Below are positions 36,952 through 45,908 of a stretch of 52,925 nt of DNA, piece after piece. The stretch is from the IMG/VR virus record IMGVR_UViG_3300041409_000458. The stretch is one strand, 5' to 3'. The first letter of the stretch is position 1. Every line of letters begins with the position of its first letter. The stretch comes from a virus (Duplodnaviria; Heunggongvirae; Uroviricota; Caudoviricetes). The position numbers and the translations under genes are program-made. The notes beneath the pieces were generated by a model. The model saw only the letters and a program-made list of their open reading frames with translations. It ran no database searches and was not told the origin of the DNA.

Positions 36952-37314
36952 TTATTTCTTAGTTTTTTGTTGTGTAATACTTTCAAATTCTCCATCCTTA
37001 TGTTCTGATTTAAAGTAGAGGTAGCTATTAGCGGAAGTTGAATCATCAAATTCAGCCATAGCCTCCATTAGTACATTTAATGCGTTTTGAACTTTCTGAG
37101 AAGGATGAATATGAATATTACATTTGTGTGGACTATCACATGTACAATAATGAGTATCTACATGCTTAATTACCTGTTTATATTCCGTAGTTTTCTTCAT
37201 TCCAAACAATTCTAATAGGTATTTAAGTTTTGGGAAGTTTTTTGAACCTCTTGCATAAGCAAGTTGCCTTTCTTTGAAATCAGAGCTACCTAATATTTGA
37301 TGTCTTCTTACCAT
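36952..37314 (-). CDS. Hypothetical protein
   Basis: ORF contiguous with its neighbours. Start codon uncertain. Confidence 0.45.
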   Translation of the reverse strand: MVRRHQILGSSDFKERQLAYARGSKNFPKLKYLLELFGMKKTTEYKQVIKHVDTHYCTCDSPHKCNIHIHPSQKVQNALNVLMEAMAEFDDSTSANSYLYFKSEHKDGEFESITQQKTKK

Positions 37315-37315
37315 T

Positions 37316-38011
37316 TTACTGATATTTAAAATGTGATTTATATATAGATTTTAATCTTCCTTTACAACAAGCTACTATATGAGTAGATAAAATTCCTGTG
37401 GAATCTGAAGCCTCTTTTACTGAATTGTAAGGAGTTTCTTTACCGAGTGGACTTATATAAAGTACTGGTTTAAGCTTGGCTTCTAACCACTTTTCTGTGA
37501 GAGTAGGACCTTTTCCTTTTCTTATCTTACTATGATTTTTCTTCCTCTCTTGAGTCCATTCACCTTTCGGTTTACTCATTCTCTTTTTTGTTAAATCAGA
37601 GAGTTTTTTTCCCATATGTCTAATAGAAATTAGTTGTTTTGTTTCCTCACTCAATTTCTTTCCTCTATGAGCATCACCAATCTTCTTCCTACCTTCTTCA
37701 GTAAGAGTATATTTCTTAGAATCTGAAGTTATGGTTAGATTATATCCTTTCTTTCTATCATATGATTGAAAAGTTCGGCACCAGAAATTCTCTCTTATAC
37801 ATAGCTTCTCCTTATTACACTCCTCTATTAGTTCCATTCTAAAGGATTTCTCTCCATACTTATTCCAAGAACTTTGGAGATGAGGATTTGGATGAGTTTT
37901 ACCCTTAAGTCTACTTAGGTGATATTTCCATCTTTTTTCCACATTAACAGATTGTCCAACATATATTTTACTGTCCAGCAGGTTTGTTATCTTATAAATT
38001 CCACATTTCAT
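37316..38011 (-). CDS. GIY-YIG homing endonuclease with NUMOD3 repeats
   Basis: GIYKITNLLDSKIYVGQS; repeated HxGKKLSEETK. Likely start is the ATG at 38011. Confidence 0.9.
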   Translation of the reverse strand: MKCGIYKITNLLDSKIYVGQSVNVEKRWKYHLSRLKGKTHPNPHLQSSWNKYGEKSFRMELIEECNKEKLCIRENFWCRTFQSYDRKKGYNLTITSDSKKYTLTEEGRKKIGDAHRGKKLSEETKQLISIRHMGKKLSDLTKKRMSKPKGEWTQERKKNHSKIRKGKGPTLTEKWLEAKLKPVLYISPLGKETPYNSVKEASDSTGILSTHIVACCKGRLKSIYKSHFKYQ

Positions 38012-38057
38012 AGTTACTTGTTTTATACAAGATACAAAATAAAATGTTAACAAAGCG

Positions 38058-39095
38058 TTAAAGTATTATTCCTTTTGATTTAAAGTGATTGGTTACGATA
38101 TCCATACCATGATAATAGCACAAATCTGCAAAATCTGTACATTTAGGTAAGTCTATTAGGTAGTTATCAGGAACATTTATATGCTTAAAGCCATGCTCCT
38201 TTGTTAGCCACCATGAAAACTCCTTACCTTTCTTATCATTATCAGAGATAATATATCTTCTATCAACCTGTTTGAATTTTTCCAGATTATCAAACGATAA
38301 ACAGCCAGCATCTTCTGCCTGTACATCAGCAATACAGTCTGTTTGGAGGGCATTCTGTAATACTAACCTGTCTTTCTTGGACTTGGCCAAGTATACAGCC
38401 GGGCATTCTCCAGTAATTGCCTTCATGTTATCGATATAGTCAAATGGTACATTACTATCCCACTTCCATTGGTTGATAGGAGTATCATCCTGTCTCCTTG
38501 GAGCAAATGGGCGATAAATCTTCCAGCTATCTATATCTGGATAGTGATAGGCAAATGTTAGTAAGTTACCCATTGGTATCTTCTTCCTATTCCTCCAAAT
38601 CTCTGCAGGATAATATATATTCTCCTTTTTCAGCATATCAGCTCCCACTCCAAATTTATCCCAATAATCTAATGCCTTTTTAGGCATCGTTGAGTAGTAG
38701 ATAACTTGGAAGAGAGGTGGACGCTTTTCCTCTATCTCAGGTTGTTCCCATGTAATTACCTTCCTATCTTTCTTCACTTTTCCATCAGTAAATCCCAATC
38801 CAAAATCTCTATCAATGATACGTAATGCTGTTGGAAAATCACATGAGAATATCTGCTGTACAAAATTAAAACAATCACCACTCCAGTTCTTATCACCGAA
38901 ATCCTTGTGCTTTAAATTGACAGACAGCCTGCTTGATATAATAAGGGAAGGATTTGTCTCACCACGATGATAGTTTATACATACTTCGTTGATGTTAAAA
39001 GGACCTTGATAAAAACGATAAATATCATAGGTCGTGATTTTAGAGAGAATATCATCCTTCTCTAGAGTGCTACTTTTTACTTTCCCCTTTACCAT
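38058..39095 (-). CDS. dnaG: DnaG-like DNA primase (TOPRIM)
   Basis: N-terminal degenerate zinc-binding region (E.NPS...KDFG...GDCF). TOPRIM: SKKD...SDNDKKG...TDFAD. Confidence 0.8.
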   Translation of the reverse strand: MVKGKVKSSTLEKDDILSKITTYDIYRFYQGPFNINEVCINYHRGETNPSLIISSRLSVNLKHKDFGDKNWSGDCFNFVQQIFSCDFPTALRIIDRDFGLGFTDGKVKKDRKVITWEQPEIEEKRPPLFQVIYYSTMPKKALDYWDKFGVGADMLKKENIYYPAEIWRNRKKIPMGNLLTFAYHYPDIDSWKIYRPFAPRRQDDTPINQWKWDSNVPFDYIDNMKAITGECPAVYLAKSKKDRLVLQNALQTDCIADVQAEDAGCLSFDNLEKFKQVDRRYIISDNDKKGKEFSWWLTKEHGFKHINVPDNYLIDLPKCTDFADLCYYHGMDIVTNHFKSKGIIL

Positions 39096-39100
39096 AAATA

Positions 39101-39463
39101 TTATTTTAGAGGTATACCAGATATTAATTTCAATGCACTGGAGATATATTCTTTATTATTCTCCCAATATAGAGAGCCTTTAGGAATAACTGCAGTAAAC
39201 ACTTTACGACTATGCTGACGAGCTTCAGTTAAAGTCTTAGCAGAGTGTAAACCCCTATTTAGGATATAAGGAATCCTCGTGGTGGATTTTGCAACGCTTG
39301 ACGTCTTCACAACTCCCTTCTTCCATTCAACTGCATGATAATATGGAGAAACAAGTTTAGTTGTACCTGCTTTACGTGATAGTATATCAAGTGCTTTGTA
39401 TACTTTAATTGCCGTTTTGGCAACCTTTACACCCTTTTGTTTATTATTATTATAAAAACACAT
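39101..39463 (-). CDS. Hypothetical protein, paralog family A
   Basis: MCF...KVYKAL...SPYY...GLHS...IPKG. Confidence 0.65.
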   Translation of the reverse strand: MCFYNNNKQKGVKVAKTAIKVYKALDILSRKAGTTKLVSPYYHAVEWKKGVVKTSSVAKSTTRIPYILNRGLHSAKTLTEARQHSRKVFTAVIPKGSLYWENNKEYISSALKLISGIPLK

Positions 39464-39487
39464 AATAGTAAATTTTAATAGTTAAAT

Positions 39488-39520
39488 AAAAAAGGAGAGC
39501 TGATTTCTCAGCCCTCCTCT
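39488..39520 (-). terminator. Rho-independent terminator
   Basis: ggagggctga-gaaa-tcagctctcc followed by a U-tract. Confidence 0.85.
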
Positions 39521-39539
39521 AAAAATCCCGTACAATTCC

Positions 39540-40514
39540 TTAATATTCAGAGGTCTGAGGAGCAGCAATTTCTTTACCGGTCTCAGAACCAGCTGCAAGA
39601 TGAGCAGCTTCATCATAATCTTTTAAAGGTACCAGTTCTGTGAATCCATTAAAGCCATATTCTCCAGTCACTTCTTCTTGGAATTTCTTCCATACTTTCT
39701 GTGAATAAGGTGTTGGGAATTTCATCCCGTTATTAATGTACTTCATAAAACCTGCAGGTAAGAATGACTTAGCCCACACTTGCTGATATTTCTTTGTAGG
39801 GTCCTCTTCGTCAATTCTAACTCCAAGTAATACTACAAATTCTGTATCTAATCCTCCTGCTGTGAATTTGCCTTCTTCATCCAGACTTATTAACTCCCTT
39901 AACTCTTTAAAGTCTTCTTTGAACAATTTACTTGTATCAACGAATACTTCAGTCTCAGGGTCCATAAAGTCAAGACGTCCAAGCCAGCTTCTTAGCAATG
40001 TTACCAGTTCTTCCTCACCTGATAAAGCCTTCCTCCATTTCTTTGGTCCAAGAACTTCCTTCTCCTTGGTTGTAAAGTTGGCAAACCAATCCTGAATTAG
40101 GCTTTCATTAACCTCTTCAGAGTAAGTTGGTTTTCCGTCTTCATCTAATACTGGTTTTCCCTTTTTATCCACTGCTGGAATTAAAGGAGCCCATGATGTA
40201 GAACAAGTTGAATTGACAATTTGACATTTGTCCTTATCCTTATTCTTCCTAACCTTATTGGTCAGATTGAATGAATGAAAGAATGTTTTGTCATTTTTGT
40301 CATCTTTAAGAACAAATAGCATTCTCATTCTGTCAGCACCTTCTTGGTCAGTGCCTAAATAAGTGATTTCCTTGTCACCTTCAGTGTCCTCTTTGCCTAA
40401 GATTGCATTAAGCTCTGCCCTGTTTGGGTTTACTGCAACAATTTTCATGGATGTGAATCCTACTGATAAACTGTTAAACTCTGTTACTTTTTTCTGTTTT
40501 CCTGTTACTGCCAT
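39540..40514 (-). CDS. Putative single-stranded DNA-binding protein
   Basis: Position beside the primase, aromatic-rich beta core, acidic C-terminus. Weak call. Confidence 0.45.
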   Translation of the reverse strand: MAVTGKQKKVTEFNSLSVGFTSMKIVAVNPNRAELNAILGKEDTEGDKEITYLGTDQEGADRMRMLFVLKDDKNDKTFFHSFNLTNKVRKNKDKDKCQIVNSTCSTSWAPLIPAVDKKGKPVLDEDGKPTYSEEVNESLIQDWFANFTTKEKEVLGPKKWRKALSGEEELVTLLRSWLGRLDFMDPETEVFVDTSKLFKEDFKELRELISLDEEGKFTAGGLDTEFVVLLGVRIDEEDPTKKYQQVWAKSFLPAGFMKYINNGMKFPTPYSQKVWKKFQEEVTGEYGFNGFTELVPLKDYDEAAHLAAGSETGKEIAAPQTSEY

Positions 40515-40526
40515 ATAAATGTGTTT

Positions 40527-41096
40527 TTAATTTGCTGACTTCATTGTCAGCCGAGGACTCATTCGAGTCGCTTTTCTTCCTAAGAAAGGAAGTCTTTGTT
40601 CTACACACATGTCATACAAGAAAATTTTACCTTTGTAGGTTTTTAAGTAGCCTAGACAACAGGATTGTACGCCTTGTCTTTCAAAGGTAGGATATTTATT
40701 TTTCAAATCTAAGTATCCTTCAAATTTTTCCATAAATTTACCATCTTTAGTAAACTCGTAAATAGGAATCATTCTTTTATTCTTACCAGATAAAATAACT
40801 CCTTCTCCTCCTTCTGTTTCATTTAATAAATTGAAGTTCCAAGTTCTTAATTGAGAAATCCAATATTGTTCTGTCTGAATCCAATTAGATTCGTTACATT
40901 CATCTATAACTTCAAGAACTGGAGAGAATCCTGCATTAAGAATTCCTTTTATCCAAGCATTTTTACGACACTTGGTTGATTTCTTTGCAGTACAAATATG
41001 TTTAGCTAATCTATTGTATAAATCAACAGATTTACCCACATATCTAATCTCTCCAGTTCTTGGGTCTGTTATAGTATAAATAAAAACTTTCCTCAA
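40527..41096 (-). CDS. GIY-YIG homing endonuclease
   Basis: FIYTITDPRTGEIRYVGKS...R...EQYWI...LLN; C-terminal NUMOD1-like domain. Confidence 0.88.
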   Translation of the reverse strand: MRKVFIYTITDPRTGEIRYVGKSVDLYNRLAKHICTAKKSTKCRKNAWIKGILNAGFSPVLEVIDECNESNWIQTEQYWISQLRTWNFNLLNETEGGEGVILSGKNKRMIPIYEFTKDGKFMEKFEGYLDLKNKYPTFERQGVQSCCLGYLKTYKGKIFLYDMCVEQRLPFLGRKATRMSPRLTMKSAN

Positions 41097-41678
41097 TTAC
41101 TTTACACAATATTTCACACCACGAAGAATCAGGCAACTGATTGTACGTGTATCTACTAACCTTTGACGGGTATCATAGTCTTTCTTAGGGTCTTTTGTAA
41201 TTTCCATATCAATGAAACGTACACGACCAAATTCATCCTGATTGCCATAATGACGTCCTACCATCGTCCTCTCTTCACCATCCAAGGCAGTCTTTAACAA
41301 ACTACTTACTTGTTTTTTGAAGTCAGCTTCTGAAAGGATTTTACCACCTTTATTGGGATAAAGGGCAGCAACAGCTTTCTCAACCTCTTTTTCATCAACT
41401 TTCTTGTTGTAAGTTACTGTCATTACCACATTTGAAGAGGATAAGAAAAGATTTGTTAAATCTGTTCTGCTCATAGTTTGTGTGGTCTCAACATTATCTG
41501 ATGTTACAAGACATTTTTCAACGTACTTCTTTGGAAGTTCAATACGTTCGTTGTCTTCATTAACAACGTATAATTTATCTCCTACAATTTTATCAATGCT
41601 GTAAAATTGGGTTTCTGAAAGTTTTGTCTTTGGTGTTATTTTACTAAAAGTTGTCATATTTGTTGTTTTATTAGTCAA
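41097..41678 (-). CDS. Hypothetical phage protein
   Basis: 193-aa ORF coupled to the vWA gene. Confidence 0.65.
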   Translation of the reverse strand: MTNKTTNMTTFSKITPKTKLSETQFYSIDKIVGDKLYVVNEDNERIELPKKYVEKCLVTSDNVETTQTMSRTDLTNLFLSSSNVVMTVTYNKKVDEKEVEKAVAALYPNKGGKILSEADFKKQVSSLLKTALDGEERTMVGRHYGNQDEFGRVRFIDMEITKDPKKDYDTRQRLVDTRTISCLILRGVKYCVK

Positions 41679-42546
41679 TTAATTTTTTACTTAATGCAGA
41701 GTAAGTTGCTCCAAGTTCAGCATCTTCCAGAATATCTGCTGATGCTCCTCTTGCAGAGAAAGCTGCTTTGGACATACTTGAACCCCTTACAGAAGTAACT
41801 GCATAGATAGCTTCCTGAGTTTTACTCTGTGTAGAGAATGGTAAGTTAATACCGTCAGTCATATTTGACAGAGGTTTGTAGAAGGTTTCTACAGCTGAAT
41901 TACCACAGTTCAATGTATCAATTTGGATACCCAGTCCAACAGCTTTAGCAGCTTCTTCTTTCCAATCAATTTGAGCATTTCTTACTTGAGGAGGGTTGCT
42001 GTAACCAACTGCGTGAGGTCCACAATCTCCAATTAATAGTAAAGCTCTTTTAGAACCTTCTCTCCAAGGAGTTTCTTCAACTACCTTCTTAAGTACTACT
42101 TCATAGAACTCATCAAGGTCTCCACCTCCAGTGCTTTGAGCTTTAAGTACAAAATCAATCAGTTGATTAGGATTATCGGATAATCCGGAATCCTGATATG
42201 CTCTTCCAAAGTTGTCTGCACTTGGCATATCACAATAATCTCCGAAAGCTACGATTTTAAGACGTAACGAAGGGTTTTCTGCAAATAAACGTGGAATAAG
42301 GTCTTTCACATGAGTTTTTACAGCCGAGATGTAACTGTCCATACTGGAGGTTGTATCAAATGCTATCACTTGGTCAAGCATATCTGTCCCTGAGGACGGT
42401 AAAGGAGCAACTGAAACTGATTCACTCTGGAGAGATTTGAGATAGCGTGACTCTGTTTTCAGACCACTTTTTGCAACAATTCTTTCTCTCCGATTAACAT
42501 TAGCCTTTTTGTAGGCATTACGGAGTTGTTCGTTGGTTTTTGACAT
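41671..42546 (-). CDS. von Willebrand factor A domain protein
   Basis: MIDAS DxTxS (FDTTSSM), GGGD..E, LLIGD. Confidence 0.85.
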   Translation of the reverse strand: MSKTNEQLRNAYKKANVNRRERIVAKSGLKTESRYLKSLQSESVSVAPLPSSGTDMLDQVIAFDTTSSMDSYISAVKTHVKDLIPRLFAENPSLRLKIVAFGDYCDMPSADNFGRAYQDSGLSDNPNQLIDFVLKAQSTGGGDLDEFYEVVLKKVVEETPWREGSKRALLLIGDCGPHAVGYSNPPQVRNAQIDWKEEAAKAVGLGIQIDTLNCGNSAVETFYKPLSNMTDGINLPFSTQSKTQEAIYAVTSVRGSSMSKAAFSARGASADILEDAELGATYSALSKKLID

Positions 42547-42560
42547 TTTGTTGATTTATA

Positions 42561-42917
42561 TTATGAAAGAAAATAAAAACTTAGTAGAAGCTGGACATAA
42601 TGTAAATATTGGTCGAAACCAATAGAGACAAAAAATTCCCACCTCTTTTCCTTTTGCCACAATTTGGCATTCAATCTGCTAGTAAAGTAATCTGTAGCTG
42701 TGTGACATATTAGAGTAATAGGTCCAAAGAACAACATTCCCCAGCTTTCAGTAGCAACTGCATAAATAATAGAAAAGATAGTCATTACACAAGAGTATAG
42801 AACTGTATGGTTCAACAAATCCTCCCAATTACTTGACTTTCCAACTGCCATCTTATTAGATTGCATGACGAAATCAGCTACCCAATGAAGAAATAAAATA
42901 ATCAATATTGTAATCAT
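42561..42917 (-). CDS. DUF3307-like membrane protein
   Basis: HWVADFVMQ...H...H...D...GFDQYLH. Confidence 0.8.
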   Translation of the reverse strand: MITILIILFLHWVADFVMQSNKMAVGKSSNWEDLLNHTVLYSCVMTIFSIIYAVATESWGMLFFGPITLICHTATDYFTSRLNAKLWQKEKRWEFFVSIGFDQYLHYVQLLLSFYFLS

Positions 42918-42944
42918 ATTCGAGCCCCTTTCGGGGACTTGGTT

Positions 42945-43751
42945 TTAAATAAAAATCTTAGACCAATCAGCTACATCATTGTAGCCTTGCAGATGAACAG
43001 CACGACTGCCACCAACTCTTTCCTCACTACCAGTAAAGTTTACTTTGATTGTACCTTCATCATTATACACATAACCAATAGCATCAACCTTACGAGGTAA
43101 AATGTTTCTCAGTTTTCCAGTTAAAGCTAATTGCTTGGGAACTAACACATCTGTGTTCTCCTTCAAAGCAATATACTTATCTTCTACGTGACAAATAAAG
43201 AATACACATTTCTTAGCAACTTTAGTGTACTTCTCAAAGACACGCAAGGTATCTTCTCTTGACCATCTGTAACCAAAACCTTCTCCAATGGTATGAACAC
43301 TTTCATAAGCATCATCCAGAGGTTTTAGCATAGTTCCACCTTTCTCACCATCAACTCTATTGAAGGATTTTCCCTGTGGAGAATTCATGTAACGGTAAGT
43401 TCCACTCCATTCTGCCATGTCATTCACTTCGCTAAAAGTGTCTATTGCTACATAATCATAAGGTCTTCCCTGTGCAATAAGATAATCAGCAAATTCATCC
43501 AGCCATTTCATTTTTCCTACTGGTCCCCTATCATCAGGAACCTTCTTAATTAATCCACTGATTTTATCACTACCGTTCTCGGTATCAATAATTAAACAGT
43601 TTGGAAGCTTTGAAATAAGAGTGGTTTTACCACATTTAGGAAGTCCGAATAAGATGCAGGATTGCATGTTAATCTCTGGTGTGGTTAATTCAGTTGGTAA
43701 TTCGAAAATGTTGTCTGCTTGCTTTGTTTCTACAATTTGTTTTACTGCCAT
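42945..43751 (-). CDS. AAA / Sak4-like P-loop NTPase
   Basis: GLPKCGKTT, IIDTENG, AIDT, FFICH. Confidence 0.8.
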   Translation of the reverse strand: MAVKQIVETKQADNIFELPTELTTPEINMQSCILFGLPKCGKTTLISKLPNCLIIDTENGSDKISGLIKKVPDDRGPVGKMKWLDEFADYLIAQGRPYDYVAIDTFSEVNDMAEWSGTYRYMNSPQGKSFNRVDGEKGGTMLKPLDDAYESVHTIGEGFGYRWSREDTLRVFEKYTKVAKKCVFFICHVEDKYIALKENTDVLVPKQLALTGKLRNILPRKVDAIGYVYNDEGTIKVNFTGSEERVGGSRAVHLQGYNDVADWSKIFI

Positions 43752-43783
43752 ATTATATAGTTATTGTTTACTTAATCGGACAA

Positions 43784-43815
43784 CAAATATACAACTTCTT
43801 TGTGAATTTACCTAA
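43784..43815 (-). promoter_or_regulatory. Bacteroidota sigma70-type promoter
   Basis: TTAG-N20-TATATTTG. Confidence 0.6.
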
Positions 43816-43873
43816 CTTTTCTAAAACTTTTTAGTCGTTTTTTCTACTAATTTTGCTATCAGTTGATAGTCAA

Positions 43874-44266
43874 TTAGTTACCAATTTTGCCTACGTAGAC
43901 GATGGTTTCTGACACATAATTTGGAACACTTTTGTTACCAAACCCATATTGACCTTCGATATATCTCGTTCCCTTAGGAATGACAAATTTTGCATTACAA
44001 TCTTGAATTGGAGTTAGGTATGAATGATATCCTTCGTCAACTGAATATTCAGATTTATCTCTGAATAAAGAGCGAGGCTGAAGTGTAACTTTTGGCTGAG
44101 TAACCCCTTCCTCATATAAATATCCGTTAAACATCGAAGTAGGACATTTTGATTTCGGTTTAAATAAACCCTTAAGAAAAGATACTCTGGGATAGCACAA
44201 GTTCTTAAAGACTTGGATATCCTGCTCTGCAATCTTAATTGTTGCATCTCTTGTTGTTAAACACAT
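43874..44266 (-). CDS. Hypothetical protein, paralog family A
   Basis: Likely start MCLTT at 44266; QVFKNL...GYHS...IPKG. Confidence 0.65.
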   Translation of the reverse strand: MCLTTRDATIKIAEQDIQVFKNLCYPRVSFLKGLFKPKSKCPTSMFNGYLYEEGVTQPKVTLQPRSLFRDKSEYSVDEGYHSYLTPIQDCNAKFVIPKGTRYIEGQYGFGNKSVPNYVSETIVYVGKIGN

Positions 44267-44276
44267 AATTGTATAT

Positions 44277-45674
44277 TTATTTGTTGTTAATACGTAAAAT
44301 TTCATCTAAAACAGGACCTGTCTTAGCTCCTCTCTCGAGGTTAATCAGAGCCCAATCTCTCCACCAAACAGGAGTCTCTTCTACCAGCTTACCTTCAAAC
44401 TTACCAAATGTAACAAGAACCTTCCCATCCTTCAAAGCTGTGCTAATTTTCTCCTTCCGGAGAATCTCCTTCTTGTCAGATTCTTCAGTAACAGCACCAA
44501 TGGTATGAATTGGAATCCCAGTCAATAAAACGCCTCCAGTTCCATACAATTTCCACAGTCCTAACACTTTCTTAAACATAAAGTCATCTATCTTGCCAAA
44601 CTTCACAGTATTCCCAACAAAATCTACTATCAGGCAATTCTTCTTATTGGGATGAATCCTTGTTCCACGACCCAACTGTTGATAATTTAAGGATAAAGAA
44701 GCTGTCGGTCTGCCAAGAATGATACAATCAATCTCTTGATAGTCAAATCCTATTGACAAAACATTAACATTTATAGCTACTCTTACGTCTCCAGAACGAA
44801 ATAGCTCAATAGCTTCATCTCTCTCTTTGACTGGCATATCTCCATAGACTGCTACTGCACTTGGAATCCTCGAAGCAAGGCTTATTGCATCACTTACAGA
44901 AGGCACAAAGACTAAAATACTCTTTCTATCAGTTAGTTCCCTAACCTTCCGAATGATTTTCTCATCAATATTCTGGTCTTCATAAGCACTTTTAATAGAA
45001 GCGTCTGTATACTCAGCCTTAGTTGAATTGTATATCAGCTTTCCAGTATCAAAGTCATACTGTTCATATAACAATTCCGTCCAATACTTATCTTTTATGA
45101 TATCACAGATTTGTGTTATGTGAATAATATCTTTGAAGAAATTACCGTGTTTGCTTCTGGCTGTGAGCATTTTTGTCAAACTATAGGCTTGCATTTCAAA
45201 ACTGTTGGTCTGTAGCTTGAAAGGTGTGGCTGTAAATCCAAGTACTGACTTAATACCTGAGTCTTTTAGAAACTTCCCAAACATAGAATCATTGGCACGA
45301 GGATATCTATCAGCTTCATCAACTATTAGATATTTATACCCTTTCCGTTTGAATTCACTCCCGAGGTTCTTAATGGTGCCAATAGTAGCATAAGTTATGT
45401 CTCCAAATTCCTTCTGCTTAAAGGAGGCTGAAAATATACTTGCTGACCCTCCAATAGACACTAGTTTGTTGTAGTTCTGTTCAAGTAACTCTTTAGAGGG
45501 CTGAAGACATAATGTTTTTCCTGAGTCCTTAATGGCATGAGCTATATGAGCTATTACCACGGACTTTCCAAAGGCTACAGGTTCAACCATCAAAGAAGGT
45601 ATTGACTTTCCTGACAGGAAATAGTCTGTTCCTATTTTGACGGGTTCCTCTTGGTTTTTTCGAAGAGTAATCAT
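44277..45674 (-). CDS. Superfamily 2 DEAD/DEAH-like helicase
   Basis: Q motif (LRKNQ), AFGKS, DEAD, GFTATP, GFD, QQLGRGTR. C-terminal FGKFEG module. Confidence 0.92.
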   Translation of the reverse strand: MITLRKNQEEPVKIGTDYFLSGKSIPSLMVEPVAFGKSVVIAHIAHAIKDSGKTLCLQPSKELLEQNYNKLVSIGGSASIFSASFKQKEFGDITYATIGTIKNLGSEFKRKGYKYLIVDEADRYPRANDSMFGKFLKDSGIKSVLGFTATPFKLQTNSFEMQAYSLTKMLTARSKHGNFFKDIIHITQICDIIKDKYWTELLYEQYDFDTGKLIYNSTKAEYTDASIKSAYEDQNIDEKIIRKVRELTDRKSILVFVPSVSDAISLASRIPSAVAVYGDMPVKERDEAIELFRSGDVRVAINVNVLSIGFDYQEIDCIILGRPTASLSLNYQQLGRGTRIHPNKKNCLIVDFVGNTVKFGKIDDFMFKKVLGLWKLYGTGGVLLTGIPIHTIGAVTEESDKKEILRKEKISTALKDGKVLVTFGKFEGKLVEETPVWWRDWALINLERGAKTGPVLDEILRINNK

Positions 45675-45907
45675 AATCCAAACTTTTTGTTATAATGCCC
45701 ATAAAACTTCCTCAAAGCAGTCTCGAGACTGACCCATTTAGGACCAGTTTTGGAAACTATACTGACACCCATAAGCATATTTGTGAATATATCAACAAAT
45801 GCTTCAAGTCCAATATTAGCTCCACCCTTTTCGAGGAAAAATTCGTACCAGAGTTCTATTGGAATCTCTGGTTTTGTTATTAATAATTGATATTGTTCTT
45901 TATTCAT
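45671..45907 (-). CDS. Hypothetical protein
   Basis: ATGA-coupled ORF. Confidence 0.55.
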   Translation of the reverse strand: MNKEQYQLLITKPEIPIELWYEFFLEKGGANIGLEAFVDIFTNMLMGVSIVSKTGPKWVSLETALRKFYGHYNKKFGL

Positions 45908-45908
45908 G

